A stretch of 64,000 nt of DNA from a virus. The stretch spans positions 31,046 to 95,045 of IMG/VR virus record IMGVR_UViG_3300020213_000023; one strand, written 5' to 3'. The translations under genes and the position numbers were made by a program. Below the pieces are notes generated by a model. That model had not been told where the DNA came from, did not search any database, and worked only from the letters and a program-made list of their open reading frames with translations. Shown here piece after piece: positions 19,953 through 29,838 of this stretch (positions are counted from its first letter, which is position 1; each line of letters begins with the position of its first letter).

Positions 19953-22274
19953 CTAGAACTTGACTTCGCAAGCACCGCCGGCACAGGCCGCCTCGCCGGT
20001 GAGGTTCGTCCCGTCTTCCAACTCCAGGATCGCCGTGTAGTCGACAGGCTTGTAGTACGCGATGAGCTGGTTGTATCGCGCTTCATCCGCCTCGGTGACC
20101 ACGGCTTCATTGGGAGCGAACGCGTAGTCCTTGTCACTCGTCGCGGCGATCAGGCTGACGCCTGTAAAGAACTCCCGGTTGTCCCAGATGTAATCTGCAA
20201 CCGCGTCCCATTCGTCCGGATGCACGTGAACCGTGTTGGACACGTTGTGCGTTAGTCCAGGAGAGACGCTCGTGTCCGCGGTGCCTGGAAGCACCCAGTT
20301 TTGTTGGGTGCTGCGTACCATGTCGAGGAACGTGAGCGCCGTCAGGTCCTCCTTGAGGACCGCACCGGGAGGAGCCTCGACAGGGAACTCGATGACGAAT
20401 TTCCCGTCGGGCTTCTTTACGCACATGTGCGGGTTGACCGCCTTGAACGCGAGGAAGACCGTTTCCATCTCGTCGGCAGTCACGCGTCGAATGTAGCGAC
20501 GGGCGTGGTGCGCGTGATGCCCAGATCCAACGCAGCCCAGCTCGAGGGACGTGGTCCCTGACGGCTTGACGCAGGTGGTTCGCGCTGCGGGACGAATGCC
20601 GATGCGGGCAGCGTATTCGGCGTTCCACTGTTTTACCTTGAGCGCCATCTCGCGCTGCAACTCCGGGTCACACGAGATCTCGCTAGCGTCGAGCATTCCG
20701 GTCATGCCGATGCCGAGAAGCGCCTCACGCTCTGCGATGACCTCGCTCTGCCAGCCCAGGTACGCCATGTCCGTGTACGCCGCCTGCAGGGTTCCGATGA
20801 TCGCGGCGGCCTTGGCGGCGACCTCGAAGTCGGCGGGCGACTTGAACATCGCCGCGTTGATCTCGCACAGGTTGCAGAACGCCCAGCCGGTGATGACGTC
20901 GCCCATCTTTACATCGGGAATCGACTTGCCTCGATCGGCACGCTGCGCGAGCAGTTCGATGAGCTTGCCGTCGACGACAATCTTGGGGTTGAGGCCGATC
21001 TCGGCACAGGGGTTTGTGCCGTGGTCGAAGTCGCTGCAGAAGTAGAAGCCCGGCTCGCCCCACTCCTTGGTCATCTGGATGATCCGCTTGAACTGTTTCT
21101 TCTTCACTTCGTCACGCTTGAGCATGACGCTGTTGTTCGCGTTCGAGCGCCACGGGTGGGTCTTCCACCAGGAGCCAGTCTTGGCGTTGACCATCTCGCT
21201 GTCGTCGAGCGAGAACAGGCAGATCATCGCGGAGCGTCGGATACCGCCGCTGAGCACAGCGTCAGCTGCGTGACACATGACATCGTGACACTCGATGGGG
21301 CGGAGCTTTCGGCCCTGCGCTCCGTCGAGGATCTTGCGAACCTGCTCGAGGGACTCCTTGAGCCTGCGATGCCCGGGGGCGCGTCCTCCGCTGGTCTTGA
21401 GCGGCGTGCCCTTCTTGCGGATCAGCGCGTAGTTGAACTCGATGTTGTAGCCCTCGACGTAGCTCATCATGAGCGCGTAGAGCGCATCGGCCCAACCCTC
21501 GATCGAATCCGCGATGGTGTGGTGCACGACGTTGTCGACGTCGATGAACTTCAGCGGGGGCAGCTTGTCGACGTGCTCGAACTGCACGGAATAGCCAACG
21601 CCGGAGCCGCACAGGAGGAGGAACATCGCCTCCGCGAAAACACGAGGACGATCGATGAACGAAAAAGTGCAGTTGTAGATGCGGTTGTTGACTGCTTCAA
21701 CGGCCGCGCCGCCGAACTGCATCGAACGCATCGACGGCAGCACCCGCTTCTCGAGCACCTGATCGAACGCCCAGCAGATGTCTGCGTCGAGGCCTACGAC
21801 ATGGGCGAACTTACGTCGATGCATCTCCCGGACTCGTACCACCGTCTCGTGGTACAGCTCGCGCCGCATCTCTGCTTGGATGTGGCGGGCGTACTTCGAG
21901 TGGTGGATGTACTCTGACACGGCAAGCGGGTCAGGCGTGCGGCGTTGCTGTCTGCGCTCCGCGTGCTTCTCCCGGTAAACGATGTACGCCCTCGCCACGG
22001 CGAAGTGGCGGAACTTCATCAGCGCGATTTCGACGGCGTCTTGGATCTGCTCGACGTCGGCCACTTCGGCGCTGAGGGTGTTGATCGCGAGTGCAACGAC
22101 CTTGCGTACCTTCGCTTCGTCGACCGTGCCTTCCGCCTCTTCCCATGCTTTCCGGATAGCGCACTCAATCTTGTGTGAGTCGAACACCTGCAGCGTAGCC
22201 CCGTCACGCTTCCGGACCTGAAGAGGTTCCGCTGTTTCCTTGAATGCCGGGTGATTGAGCACGCTGATGTCCAT
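19953..22274 (-). CDS. nrdJ: Class II (B12-dependent) ribonucleotide reductase with N-terminal ATP cone
   Basis: VRKRDG ATP cone, PSMR, NPCAE, FCNL, TCVKPSGT, C-terminal ACAGGACE. Confidence 0.92.
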   Translation of the reverse strand: MDISVLNHPAFKETAEPLQVRKRDGATLQVFDSHKIECAIRKAWEEAEGTVDEAKVRKVVALAINTLSAEVADVEQIQDAVEIALMKFRHFAVARAYIVYREKHAERRQQRRTPDPLAVSEYIHHSKYARHIQAEMRRELYHETVVRVREMHRRKFAHVVGLDADICWAFDQVLEKRVLPSMRSMQFGGAAVEAVNNRIYNCTFSFIDRPRVFAEAMFLLLCGSGVGYSVQFEHVDKLPPLKFIDVDNVVHHTIADSIEGWADALYALMMSYVEGYNIEFNYALIRKKGTPLKTSGGRAPGHRRLKESLEQVRKILDGAQGRKLRPIECHDVMCHAADAVLSGGIRRSAMICLFSLDDSEMVNAKTGSWWKTHPWRSNANNSVMLKRDEVKKKQFKRIIQMTKEWGEPGFYFCSDFDHGTNPCAEIGLNPKIVVDGKLIELLAQRADRGKSIPDVKMGDVITGWAFCNLCEINAAMFKSPADFEVAAKAAAIIGTLQAAYTDMAYLGWQSEVIAEREALLGIGMTGMLDASEISCDPELQREMALKVKQWNAEYAARIGIRPAARTTCVKPSGTTSLELGCVGSGHHAHHARRYIRRVTADEMETVFLAFKAVNPHMCVKKPDGKFVIEFPVEAPPGAVLKEDLTALTFLDMVRSTQQNWVLPGTADTSVSPGLTHNVSNTVHVHPDEWDAVADYIWDNREFFTGVSLIAATSDKDYAFAPNEAVVTEADEARYNQLIAYYKPVDYTAILELEDGTNLTGEAACAGGACEVKF

Positions 22275-22285
22275 GGGGTCTTTTC

Positions 22286-22834
22286 CTAGATGGAGTTTTT
22301 AACGACGCGTCGGATACGGCGCGCGGGTTTCTTCGGCTTTGGAAAACGCAAGGAATGCAAAACCTCGAGTTGCGCTCGGTTAGGAGGCGCTAGCTCGAGG
22401 TGATAGCAACGGGCGATCTGCGACAGGAAAAACGCGTCCGCCTGGTTGTCGTCGGACGTGACAAAACCAGCCCGCTTGGCTGCCTCAACCATGTCTTCTT
22501 TTTCGGCACTGGCGTTTCCCGTGGCGAATTTCTTGAGAGAGACCGGCGGCACGACGACGTATGGGACTTCGTTTTCGAACATGAGCAGGCGAAGCACCCC
22601 GCCTACTTCGCCTAGTTCGAAAACTCGGCCGACACTATTATAGGAGTAGCCCTCGACTGCTCCAAACAAGACACTGAGCCCGAGTAAAGGCGCCACGCGG
22701 CTCTTTACGTACGCAAGGCGTTCAACGTCTCGGCATTTCCCAGGGATCACCGTCTCATGGTGTTCTACCTGTCCGTTCGGGCGGACCCGGCACAAGCCGG
22801 TTGCGTTCAAGCTCTGGTCGATCCCCAAGTACAT
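22286..22834 (-). CDS. ruvC: RuvC-like Holliday junction resolvase
   Basis: YLGIDQSLNATG, VEGYS, LKKFATGNASAEK, DNQADA. Confidence 0.88.
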   Translation of the reverse strand: MYLGIDQSLNATGLCRVRPNGQVEHHETVIPGKCRDVERLAYVKSRVAPLLGLSVLFGAVEGYSYNSVGRVFELGEVGGVLRLLMFENEVPYVVVPPVSLKKFATGNASAEKEDMVEAAKRAGFVTSDDNQADAFFLSQIARCYHLELAPPNRAQLEVLHSLRFPKPKKPARRIRRVVKNSI

Positions 22835-22850
22835 GAGCGAAACCTCGGTG

Positions 22851-22856
22851 TACCAT
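22851..22856 (+). promoter_or_regulatory. Putative -10 element (TACCAT), leaderless
   Basis: TAnnnT, then 6 nt, then ATG 22863, at a strand switch. Confidence 0.55.
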
Positions 22857-22862
22857 GCGGCA

Positions 22863-23234
22863 ATGGCGGTTTCATTCAGTTTGCGACAAATCACGTCGGT
22901 TGTTACGGGACCTCTTTACCGCGTGAACAATACGGTTGACGCGGCCACCGACGCCTCCCTGATGATCTTCGTGTTCAAAACGACGACACAAGAATTCAGT
23001 CACTACGCAACGGTGGCAGACATTGAAACCTACCCCGATACGTACGCACAGGCCGTCTCAGACGGCGCAGCGTTCTATCGGCTTGCTTCAGTTGTTCGAG
23101 ATTGGGGAACCGTCGAGGAAATGGAAGCAGATGTCGCGATGACCCTGAGTCGCACGCAGTTTCTCGCGAACGAGCTGAACGCCGTGCAAGTGGGCGTTTC
23201 GTCCGATACAACCACCGTCATCGTACCGGAGTGA
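22863..23234 (+). CDS. Hypothetical acidic protein, probably virion-associated
   Basis: Start MAVSFSL; composition like the tail proteins; operon with the next gene. Confidence 0.6.
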   Translation: MAVSFSLRQITSVVTGPLYRVNNTVDAATDASLMIFVFKTTTQEFSHYATVADIETYPDTYAQAVSDGAAFYRLASVVRDWGTVEEMEADVAMTLSRTQFLANELNAVQVGVSSDTTTVIVPE

Positions 23235-23237
23235 TTC

Positions 23238-24233
23238 ATGGCTACCCTTGAACAAACACGTCACGTTGAACTGGTTTCGGGAACGCGTCAGAGATTCGTC
23301 GTAACCAGTACGATGACGGGAGCCATCATTCCAGGACAGCTTCCCCACTTGGGCGTGTTCGTGATGCGTATCATCACGCGAGATGACCCCCAGGACGATA
23401 CTTTCCAGCGTGTCGCTCGAATTGCAGACCTGAGTGAATTGCCGCTAGGCCGCGATGAGGGTCTCGACAGCGATGATGGTGTCGATATTGACTACCTCGC
23501 CAGTATCGTAGTTTTGAACTACGACACGCTCTCTGAAGCGAAGCTGGCCTATGTCGCTATCAAAGACCGCGTCAATGCGTTGGTCACCGACTGGGTTGAC
23601 TACATGCTGAACTTCGATGCGCCGATCATCTCACCCGAGATCTTCACGTTGCCGGATGTTGATGATTCGCAATTCGAGGTTCTGGCGGCTACATACAAGA
23701 TCGCTAAGCAGGACCGCTATCAAAAGAACTTGCTGAAGCTCGAGGCCGACGCTGTGCTGACGCGTGCGACCGCCGACTACAACTACAAACGTGCTCGTGA
23801 AGTCGAGCTGGATTCGATGGTGGCCAAGGGCATCATCGTCGATGCGGACATGAGCGCAGCGTCGAGCTTTCACGCCGCGTTGTTGTCGGAGGGAACGACC
23901 TTCCTGGCGGCAGCCGCGTGTGCAGCCGCGGGTGACAAGGCAGATTTCCAAGACGCGCTTAACACAGGGACAAACGAGACGAGCATCCTCGCTGCGTACG
24001 ATGTTGACGTTGCGACCCTTACGGGACTCATCAACGGTTACGACGCGGCGCGCGTCGTAGAAGTGGCCGCCGCCAGCGCCGCGTTGGCGACCGCGCAGGC
24101 GGACCAGATCGCCAAGGCGCAGGCCTACACGACGGCGCAGACAACGGAGACCACGGCCCTTGCCGCCGTCATCGCCGTGTGTCCCGACTTCGAGAAGAAC
24201 TCGATCCCGTTTGTCGACGACACTGAGGTGTAG
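23238..24233 (+). CDS. Hypothetical Ala-rich coiled-coil protein, probably virion-associated
   Basis: 331 aa; GGAG SD; long Ala-rich heptad C-terminal half. Confidence 0.65.
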   Translation: MATLEQTRHVELVSGTRQRFVVTSTMTGAIIPGQLPHLGVFVMRIITRDDPQDDTFQRVARIADLSELPLGRDEGLDSDDGVDIDYLASIVVLNYDTLSEAKLAYVAIKDRVNALVTDWVDYMLNFDAPIISPEIFTLPDVDDSQFEVLAATYKIAKQDRYQKNLLKLEADAVLTRATADYNYKRAREVELDSMVAKGIIVDADMSAASSFHAALLSEGTTFLAAAACAAAGDKADFQDALNTGTNETSILAAYDVDVATLTGLINGYDAARVVEVAAASAALATAQADQIAKAQAYTTAQTTETTALAAVIAVCPDFEKNSIPFVDDTEV

Positions 24234-24277
24234 AAGCTAAAAAAAGAGGGCGCCGGGATGTTGTTCCCGGCGCCCTC
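24234..24277 (-). terminator. Intrinsic terminator between convergent genes
   Basis: 13-bp stem GAGGGCGCCGGGA/TCCCGGCGCCCTC followed by T7-AGCTT on the - strand. Confidence 0.85.
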
Positions 24278-24280
24278 AGA

Positions 24281-24808
24281 CTAAGTGCGCATACGAATGC
24301 TCGCGGTGAGCAAGTCAACGTAAGCCCGCACACGTCGGTGCGCGGGTGCTCGCAGAGTTCGGATCTTGCCGCCTAGCCGACGGCTTGCGTGCGCGAAAGC
24401 GTTGCACCTTGCGGTGTAGCATTTGCGACACCACTGCCTTGGTCTACGCGGAACAGGTTCCCGTGCCGCGCGTTCCACAACACCACAAGGGCAAATCACT
24501 ATGCGTGTCTGGGGTCGAAGCGACGGCTCTGTATTCAATGTCCTGCATCGCTTACTGCAGTAGTCGCGGACGGCATCGCGCTGGGCACACCCGAACCCGA
24601 CCACCAAACGCTCTTCCTTTCCGCAGTAATGACAGATCAACAATCTCAGTCGTGGTGGGTTGGAAAGAAACTCCAGGTGGGTGATGTTGCAGTATGCGTT
24701 GCAGAAGTTACTACTTCGTTTGTAATGCATGAACCGCATCAACGGTTTACCGCACCACAGACAATTACGTCCGTTAGGTGTTTTTCTTGCCGGTCCTCGT
24801 TTTTGCAT
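24281..24808 (-). CDS. Multi-cysteine zinc-finger protein
   Basis: CLWC, FCNAYC, CHYC, YCSKRC, CPC, WCRKC; very basic; start uncertain. Confidence 0.5.
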   Translation of the reverse strand: MQKRGPARKTPNGRNCLWCGKPLMRFMHYKRSSNFCNAYCNITHLEFLSNPPRLRLLICHYCGKEERLVVGFGCAQRDAVRDYCSKRCRTLNTEPSLRPQTRIVICPCGVVERAAREPVPRRPRQWCRKCYTARCNAFAHASRRLGGKIRTLRAPAHRRVRAYVDLLTASIRMRT

Positions 24809-24974
24809 TTTGATGCCTGAACTCTTCCATGTAAGCAATCTCCAGCCAGCCTAGATACGCAATTGCTTGTGCTTCGGCGGGGGACAGGCTTCCTCCGTAT
24901 ACCTCTTTCTGCCATTTCGCGATTTCGGCGCGGATCTGGTTTTCAGTTCGAGGCTTGGTTGACTTCTTCTTCAT
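24774..24974 (-). CDS. Hypothetical protein (66 aa)
   Basis: ATGA coupling with the upstream ORF. Confidence 0.45.
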   Translation of the reverse strand: MKKKSTKPRTENQIRAEIAKWQKEVYGGSLSPAEAQAIAYLGWLEIAYMEEFRHQNAKTRTGKKNT

Positions 24975-25108
24975 TCGACCTTCACCCCCTCGAGCCGAGA
25001 CAGTACATCGGTGAGGCGGACCTCTTTGTCGATGCGCAGCATGTCGTTGATGAATTGGAGGTGCTTCTTTTTCCCTGCGAAGCGCTTCCGCATCTCTGCG
25101 ACGTTCAC
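24971..25108 (-). CDS. Hypothetical protein (45 aa)
   Basis: GTGA coupling with the DUF932-like gene stop. Confidence 0.45.
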   Translation of the reverse strand: MNVAEMRKRFAGKKKHLQFINDMLRIDKEVRLTDVLSRLEGVKVE

Positions 25109-26283
25109 GCAGTTGCCTTCTCTTTCTCCTTCCGCTTCTTGCTTTCGGTCATGTACTCGCCTGCCGCGATCTCCAGCTCCATGCGCCGCTCCGGCGTTTC
25201 GGCGGACTTCGCGAACCACGAGATCGCGTTGGCCAGGCGTGCCCGCGTGGTCCCGACCGGCAGCTCTTCGACACCGCCGTTCATGAAGATGTCCTGCACC
25301 TTTTCGACCTCACCCTTGAGCAGGCCGAGCTTGGGCAGCTCCTGCCACGCCTGCTTCGGGTCGATGCGCTCCTCGAGCGCCTTGCCAATCAGGCCGACGG
25401 TCTGGTTGATCTTGCCAGGGCCGAGGGCGCCTTTGACGATGTCCTTGACCATCGACACCATCGTCTTGGTGTCGAGGTTGTACGTGTCCTGGCTGAACTC
25501 GATGTTGTCGTCGAGCCGCTTTCCGAGGTGGACCTGACGGAGCGCCTCATCGAGCGTCGCGTAGTTGGTGCAGACGATACGCATCATGCCGATGCGGAGC
25601 GACAGCGCGCCCTTGCCGAAGTCGGAGTTGGCGAGCTGTGCGTAGAACGCGATGACCTCCTCGGTGCCCGCCTTCTTCGAAGGCTGAAACACCATCGGCA
25701 GGATGGCCTTCACGGCCCAGCGGAGATCGCCGCCCATGCCCTCGATCGGCACGGCACCGATCTCCTTGCAGGTCTTGGCGAACGCCTCGATCACCGGAAT
25801 CGAGTCCATGCGGCGGAACGAATCCGACAGAACACCGCGGACCTGATCGTCGACCGAGCGCACGAGGAACCGCTGGTTCTCCTCCTTGGCGTAAATGGTG
25901 GTCAAGTTTTCGATCAGCAGCTCGCGGCCGTAGGGTCGCGTTGGATTTCCGTTGTCGTCCTTCTCGAGAAGGCGGTTGAGGTAGGTCTGGGGAACGCCGG
26001 CCCGGTCACAGACCTGGTTGAGCGCGTGCTTGTGGAGCCCTTCGCGGAAGTGGCCCTTCGCCTTGCGGTCCTTGGTTCCCATGAGGATGGTGTCGTCGTC
26101 GATGGCGAACATCATTGCCTGCGACTGGACGATTCGATCTCGGGGGACCTCGCTGCTGACCTTCTCGATGACCGTCATCGCCGAGCGCTGGGATTTTTGG
26201 ATGGTCTCCTCGAGCTGGGCTTGGAATCGCTTGACGGTCTGGCCGACCGCTACGTCGTAGTCTCGTGCGTCGTGGTGAATCAT
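25105..26283 (-). CDS. DUF932-like protein
   Basis: VRGVLSDSFRRMD, NSDFGKGAL, RIVCTN and RQVHLG motifs. Confidence 0.7.
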   Translation of the reverse strand: MIHHDARDYDVAVGQTVKRFQAQLEETIQKSQRSAMTVIEKVSSEVPRDRIVQSQAMMFAIDDDTILMGTKDRKAKGHFREGLHKHALNQVCDRAGVPQTYLNRLLEKDDNGNPTRPYGRELLIENLTTIYAKEENQRFLVRSVDDQVRGVLSDSFRRMDSIPVIEAFAKTCKEIGAVPIEGMGGDLRWAVKAILPMVFQPSKKAGTEEVIAFYAQLANSDFGKGALSLRIGMMRIVCTNYATLDEALRQVHLGKRLDDNIEFSQDTYNLDTKTMVSMVKDIVKGALGPGKINQTVGLIGKALEERIDPKQAWQELPKLGLLKGEVEKVQDIFMNGGVEELPVGTTRARLANAISWFAKSAETPERRMELEIAAGEYMTESKKRKEKEKATA

Positions 26284-26316
26284 TTGATCTTTCTTTCTGT
26301 TTTCAACTAGCGAATG

Positions 26317-26333
26317 CGCGTTTATTAAACGCG
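26317..26333. promoter_or_regulatory. Perfect intergenic inverted repeat
   Basis: CGCGTTTA-T-TAAACGCG upstream of the DUF932-like gene. Confidence 0.45.
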
Positions 26334-26355
26334 GGGTTTTGCTTGAGCGCAGCCT

Positions 26356-26664
26356 TCAGCCAAGATACTGGTCGACGTCTGCCTGCGTGACCGTGTTCGA
26401 CTCGACTATCCGCGTACCTACGTACCCATCGTTGGCGGCTGTGTGAAACGCACCAAGCTTTTCTACGAACCCAGGCTCTTGCACAAGTCCTTGGTTAACG
26501 ACATGCCCTATGTCTTTAGGCAGTGTTACGTTGAAGTGGTGAATAGCGTGTCTCGCCTCCTCGAGGTCCATCGCAGCAAACAGCGCGACGAACCGTTTGA
26601 GTTGTGAAGGACGCGAGCTTTTGGCTTTCTTGATTTCCTCGATCAAGGTTTCGAAGGGGGTCAT
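26356..26664 (-). CDS. Hypothetical protein
   Basis: 102 aa; GAGG SD and ATGA coupling. Confidence 0.55.
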   Translation of the reverse strand: MTPFETLIEEIKKAKSSRPSQLKRFVALFAAMDLEEARHAIHHFNVTLPKDIGHVVNQGLVQEPGFVEKLGAFHTAANDGYVGTRIVESNTVTQADVDQYLG

Positions 26665-28070
26665 GGCGCCTCATGTGCATACCGCCACATGGCGTTCTGG
26701 TTGGCGTCACAGACGATGATCTCTCCGTAACCGCGGATGTAGTCCACCGCGTGCTGCTTCGTGACGAGCCAGATCACCGGCACATCCGACGGAAACCGGT
26801 TGTCCGGATGAACCCCCGGGGCGTACCCGTCGGTGTAAACGATGACCAGATCCGGTGCCGTTTCATCGTTGCCCAAGTACTTCCCCATGTAGCGGAAGTA
26901 CTCGTTGAAGTCCGTACCGCCGCGTCCGTGTACTTCCTTCGGCAGCTCCTCCCCGCTCCGGAACACTTCGTCGAAGTGCGTCGTGCAGTCGCCTTGCATG
27001 TAGCGAACCTCGAGATCCTCGTCCGTCTTGAGCATGTTGCTCAACTCGCCGCGAGCGATGGCGAGGCTCTCGCTGTCCATCGACCCCGAGGTGTCGACGT
27101 AGAAAAAGACGCGGTACATCGGGTCCCGGATGATGCCGAGCGCAGGGAGGATCGTACCGTCCTCCTCCGACATAGCCGTCAGCATTCGATTCGGCCGTGA
27201 GATTCCTCGGTCTGGCTTCGACCGCTTGGTGGACTTGATGCGCGTGGTGAGGATCTCCCACCACGGGATGACCGGGTCTTCGAGGTACTCTTCGAGCCAT
27301 TCAGCGATGTTCGCCGGTACCGTGCCTCGACCCTTCTGCTGGTCCTTGACCGCCGTCTTGAGCAGCGACTTGAGCTGTGTCCGCAGCTGGTGCGCGAGGC
27401 CTTGGGCTTCCTCGGGGAGCATCTCTCGCTTCTCGCCGTCAGGGCTCTCATCAATCCACTTGGCGTGGGTGCCGCCGAGCTGGTGAAGCCAATCCTTTAG
27501 AATCTGATCAACTTCCTCCGGCGTCAGGAGCTTGACGCGTTTCATCAACTCCCTTTGATAGAAGTCATACGACTTGCCTGGAGGTAGATCGTACTTCTCC
27601 GGTAGCACGAGCCCCATCCGCTCCAAGCGTTCTGGTGTCATCGCAGCGCGGACCTCCGGAGGCAGATCCTCGATCTGCATCGCGCGGAACTCAGCTTCCG
27701 CCTTGTCGAAGAACTCCGTCTTGCGCAACAGGTCATTGTCCGCGCAGTCCATCGCGATGTTGTAGACAAGCTCTGCCTTGGTTCGCTCGTCCGCGTTGGT
27801 GCCGATGGCGGCCAAGACCTCGAGGAACCTTGGGATGTGATCAAGCACCACGTGCATGATCTCGTGTTCGACGGTGAGAACGCCGAGGGCCATGCTTGCC
27901 CGTTTGACGAACACGGGGTCGTAGAACAGCTTGATGCGCCCGCCGCGGATGCCGACGCCCATGGTTCCGCAGCCCTTTTCCTCCACGCGCTGCAGGCTGT
28001 TGGCGACCCGTCCGAAAAAGTTCTTCTGGGTCAAAAGATAAAGGAAGAATTCCGAAAGGGTGACGTTCAT
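26661..28070 (-). CDS. Metallopeptidase + vWA domain protein (DUF2201-like)
   Basis: HEIMH (HExxH), NIAMD, DTSGSM MIDAS, GRGGTDF, YTDG; start MNVTL preferred. Confidence 0.88.
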   Translation of the reverse strand: MNVTLSEFFLYLLTQKNFFGRVANSLQRVEEKGCGTMGVGIRGGRIKLFYDPVFVKRASMALGVLTVEHEIMHVVLDHIPRFLEVLAAIGTNADERTKAELVYNIAMDCADNDLLRKTEFFDKAEAEFRAMQIEDLPPEVRAAMTPERLERMGLVLPEKYDLPPGKSYDFYQRELMKRVKLLTPEEVDQILKDWLHQLGGTHAKWIDESPDGEKREMLPEEAQGLAHQLRTQLKSLLKTAVKDQQKGRGTVPANIAEWLEEYLEDPVIPWWEILTTRIKSTKRSKPDRGISRPNRMLTAMSEEDGTILPALGIIRDPMYRVFFYVDTSGSMDSESLAIARGELSNMLKTDEDLEVRYMQGDCTTHFDEVFRSGEELPKEVHGRGGTDFNEYFRYMGKYLGNDETAPDLVIVYTDGYAPGVHPDNRFPSDVPVIWLVTKQHAVDYIRGYGEIIVCDANQNAMWRYAHEAP

Positions 28071-28115
28071 GTCTGATTTTCCTTGTGAATTCACGCACCG
28101 CGAAAGGCGTTGCGT

Positions 28116-28125
28116 GGCCTATACT
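28116..28125 (+). promoter_or_regulatory. Putative promoter GGCC-TATACT, leaderless
   Basis: TAnnnT at 28120-28125, then 6 nt, then ATG 28132, at a strand switch. Confidence 0.6.
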
Positions 28126-28131
28126 TAGGGC

Positions 28132-29115
28132 ATGGTCGACCAGTACCGGGACCCTACCTTGGCTGTTCTCGTTCAACTCGTGGCGGGCAGGCCGAAGCTT
28201 GCCGCCGCCGTGGGGGATGTCGACATCCAACCTGACGAATTGGATGCATTGCCGTCTTCGGCCTTCGCATGGCCTGAAAAACGTGCGTTCCCGTTGCACA
28301 CGCGCGAGCATGCGATGCTGTCGCGGGTTTACCGTGAAAATTCGCCGAGCGTTCCAGGCCATGTCGACGCCGCCCTCAAGGAGGCGTGCGACCTCTACGG
28401 AATCGACGAAGACCTGTTCGCCCGCGTCAAACAGGCGGCCCCGGTAGACGACCCCGAGAACTACCTCATCCCCGACCGCAAGCTGATCCCCGTGCGTAAT
28501 GCGGCTGAGGTCAAGCTTGCCGAAGAGAAGGTTGTCTCGGGGTACACCAAACTCGCGGTGGAAACTCGCGCGCTGGTGTGCACGCGCCTCGTCGAGAAGG
28601 CAGCCTACTTCGGTGTGACGCTCAAGCCGCTTACCCACAAGCTCGCAGGCTTCACAGTAACGTCGACAAAGATCCTGAAGGATTGGCTTGGCGCCAGGAC
28701 CGAAGCTGCCCCGGAGCAGTACAAGGAAGCTTTCCAAAAGCTGGCGGAAGCCGTCGGAACACTGCCCGCCGAGATCCGCGACCGCAACACTCAGATCAAG
28801 CTGGCGGAAGTCATCGACGCGCTGGACAAGAAGGCGGGCCTGGTCCGGCACTACGACCGCAAACTCCCTGACCCGATGCTCTCGGTCTTCAACACCGATA
28901 AGGTCGCAGGCGAGGGCGTGAACCTCGGTAACAAGTTCGTATCGATGACCCGCCTGGCGTCGTATCCCGCGTCGTTCTTTGGCGATGTCATCGGCGACGA
29001 CCTCGTACGAGAAGCTTCCGACGGGCATGGTGGAATGGACCCCTACAAGCTGGCGGCCATTCTCGAGACGCTTCCGCTGGACATGAAGAACGTGCTCGCG
29101 CAGCAAATGCGCTAG
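28132..29115 (+). CDS. Hypothetical head-associated protein (DUF6582-like N-terminus)
   Basis: LDALPSSAFAWPEKRAFPLHTREHA motif and a second degenerate copy; KQAA and KVAG at linkers. Confidence 0.6.
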   Translation: MVDQYRDPTLAVLVQLVAGRPKLAAAVGDVDIQPDELDALPSSAFAWPEKRAFPLHTREHAMLSRVYRENSPSVPGHVDAALKEACDLYGIDEDLFARVKQAAPVDDPENYLIPDRKLIPVRNAAEVKLAEEKVVSGYTKLAVETRALVCTRLVEKAAYFGVTLKPLTHKLAGFTVTSTKILKDWLGARTEAAPEQYKEAFQKLAEAVGTLPAEIRDRNTQIKLAEVIDALDKKAGLVRHYDRKLPDPMLSVFNTDKVAGEGVNLGNKFVSMTRLASYPASFFGDVIGDDLVREASDGHGGMDPYKLAAILETLPLDMKNVLAQQMR

Positions 29116-29124
29116 AGTCACTGA

Positions 29125-29838
29125 ATGACCTCCGTCGAACAGGAGCTTCACCGCTTGCGTGGACGCACCAAGCTGGCGTCGTCGTCGACGGGAGAAGCCC
29201 GTCGTTTGCTCGCGCAAAACGGTACCTCGGCGGTGGCGCTCATGTTGGCCACCCGACACCTGTACGGGGACTTCCACGACTGGGAGCCGGAGACCTTGTG
29301 GGTCACCCTCGAGCGTGAAGGGGTCGCGGTCCCTCCGTGTAACCGTGACAAGCTCCAAGCAGGGATCTCCTTGTTGTTTGTTCCGTCGTTCTATTGGGAT
29401 GGCATCGTGTTCGAGAAGACCGCGGTTTCCTTTGATTGCTTCGAAGCAAATCCTGACGCCCTCGAAGAAGCGTCGTCCGCGCAGCTTGCCTGGGCAGTCA
29501 AGGAAGCCGAGTGGATCATCACCCAACACGACGGAGTCCCCCACGGCTTCGAGCACGAGCCGCGCGCGTACGCATCCGTGGTGATGTTCCGAGAGGGGCT
29601 CGTTTATGCGCCTGCACAGCTTCTGTTCGCTCAGGAAGCGCTCGACCGCATCAACGTCAACAACACGTTGAGGACCCGCGTCGAGGAGAGGTGGAAGGCG
29701 CTCGACAAGGCCAAGCTCGAGGCCTCGAAGTTCGAAGAGACCGAAGAGGACGTGCAGCTGGCGCGCCTCGCGGCGATCGAGCTGCACGTCCGGAGCAAAG
29801 AGGCCGACGCAGCTCGAGACCTAGCGCTGCTTCGCTAG
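29125..29838 (+). CDS. Hypothetical protein
   Basis: 237 aa, co-oriented with 28132; TKLAS near the N-terminus. Confidence 0.65.
   Translation: MTSVEQELHRLRGRTKLASSSTGEARRLLAQNGTSAVALMLATRHLYGDFHDWEPETLWVTLEREGVAVPPCNRDKLQAGISLLFVPSFYWDGIVFEKTAVSFDCFEANPDALEEASSAQLAWAVKEAEWIITQHDGVPHGFEHEPRAYASVVMFREGLVYAPAQLLFAQEALDRINVNNTLRTRVEERWKALDKAKLEASKFEETEEDVQLARLAAIELHVRSKEADAARDLALLR

Noticed and set aside
27841-29787. 648-aa - strand ORF
   Set aside because: Antisense shadow of the two + strand genes, which have a promoter and sensible motifs; expected with high GC3
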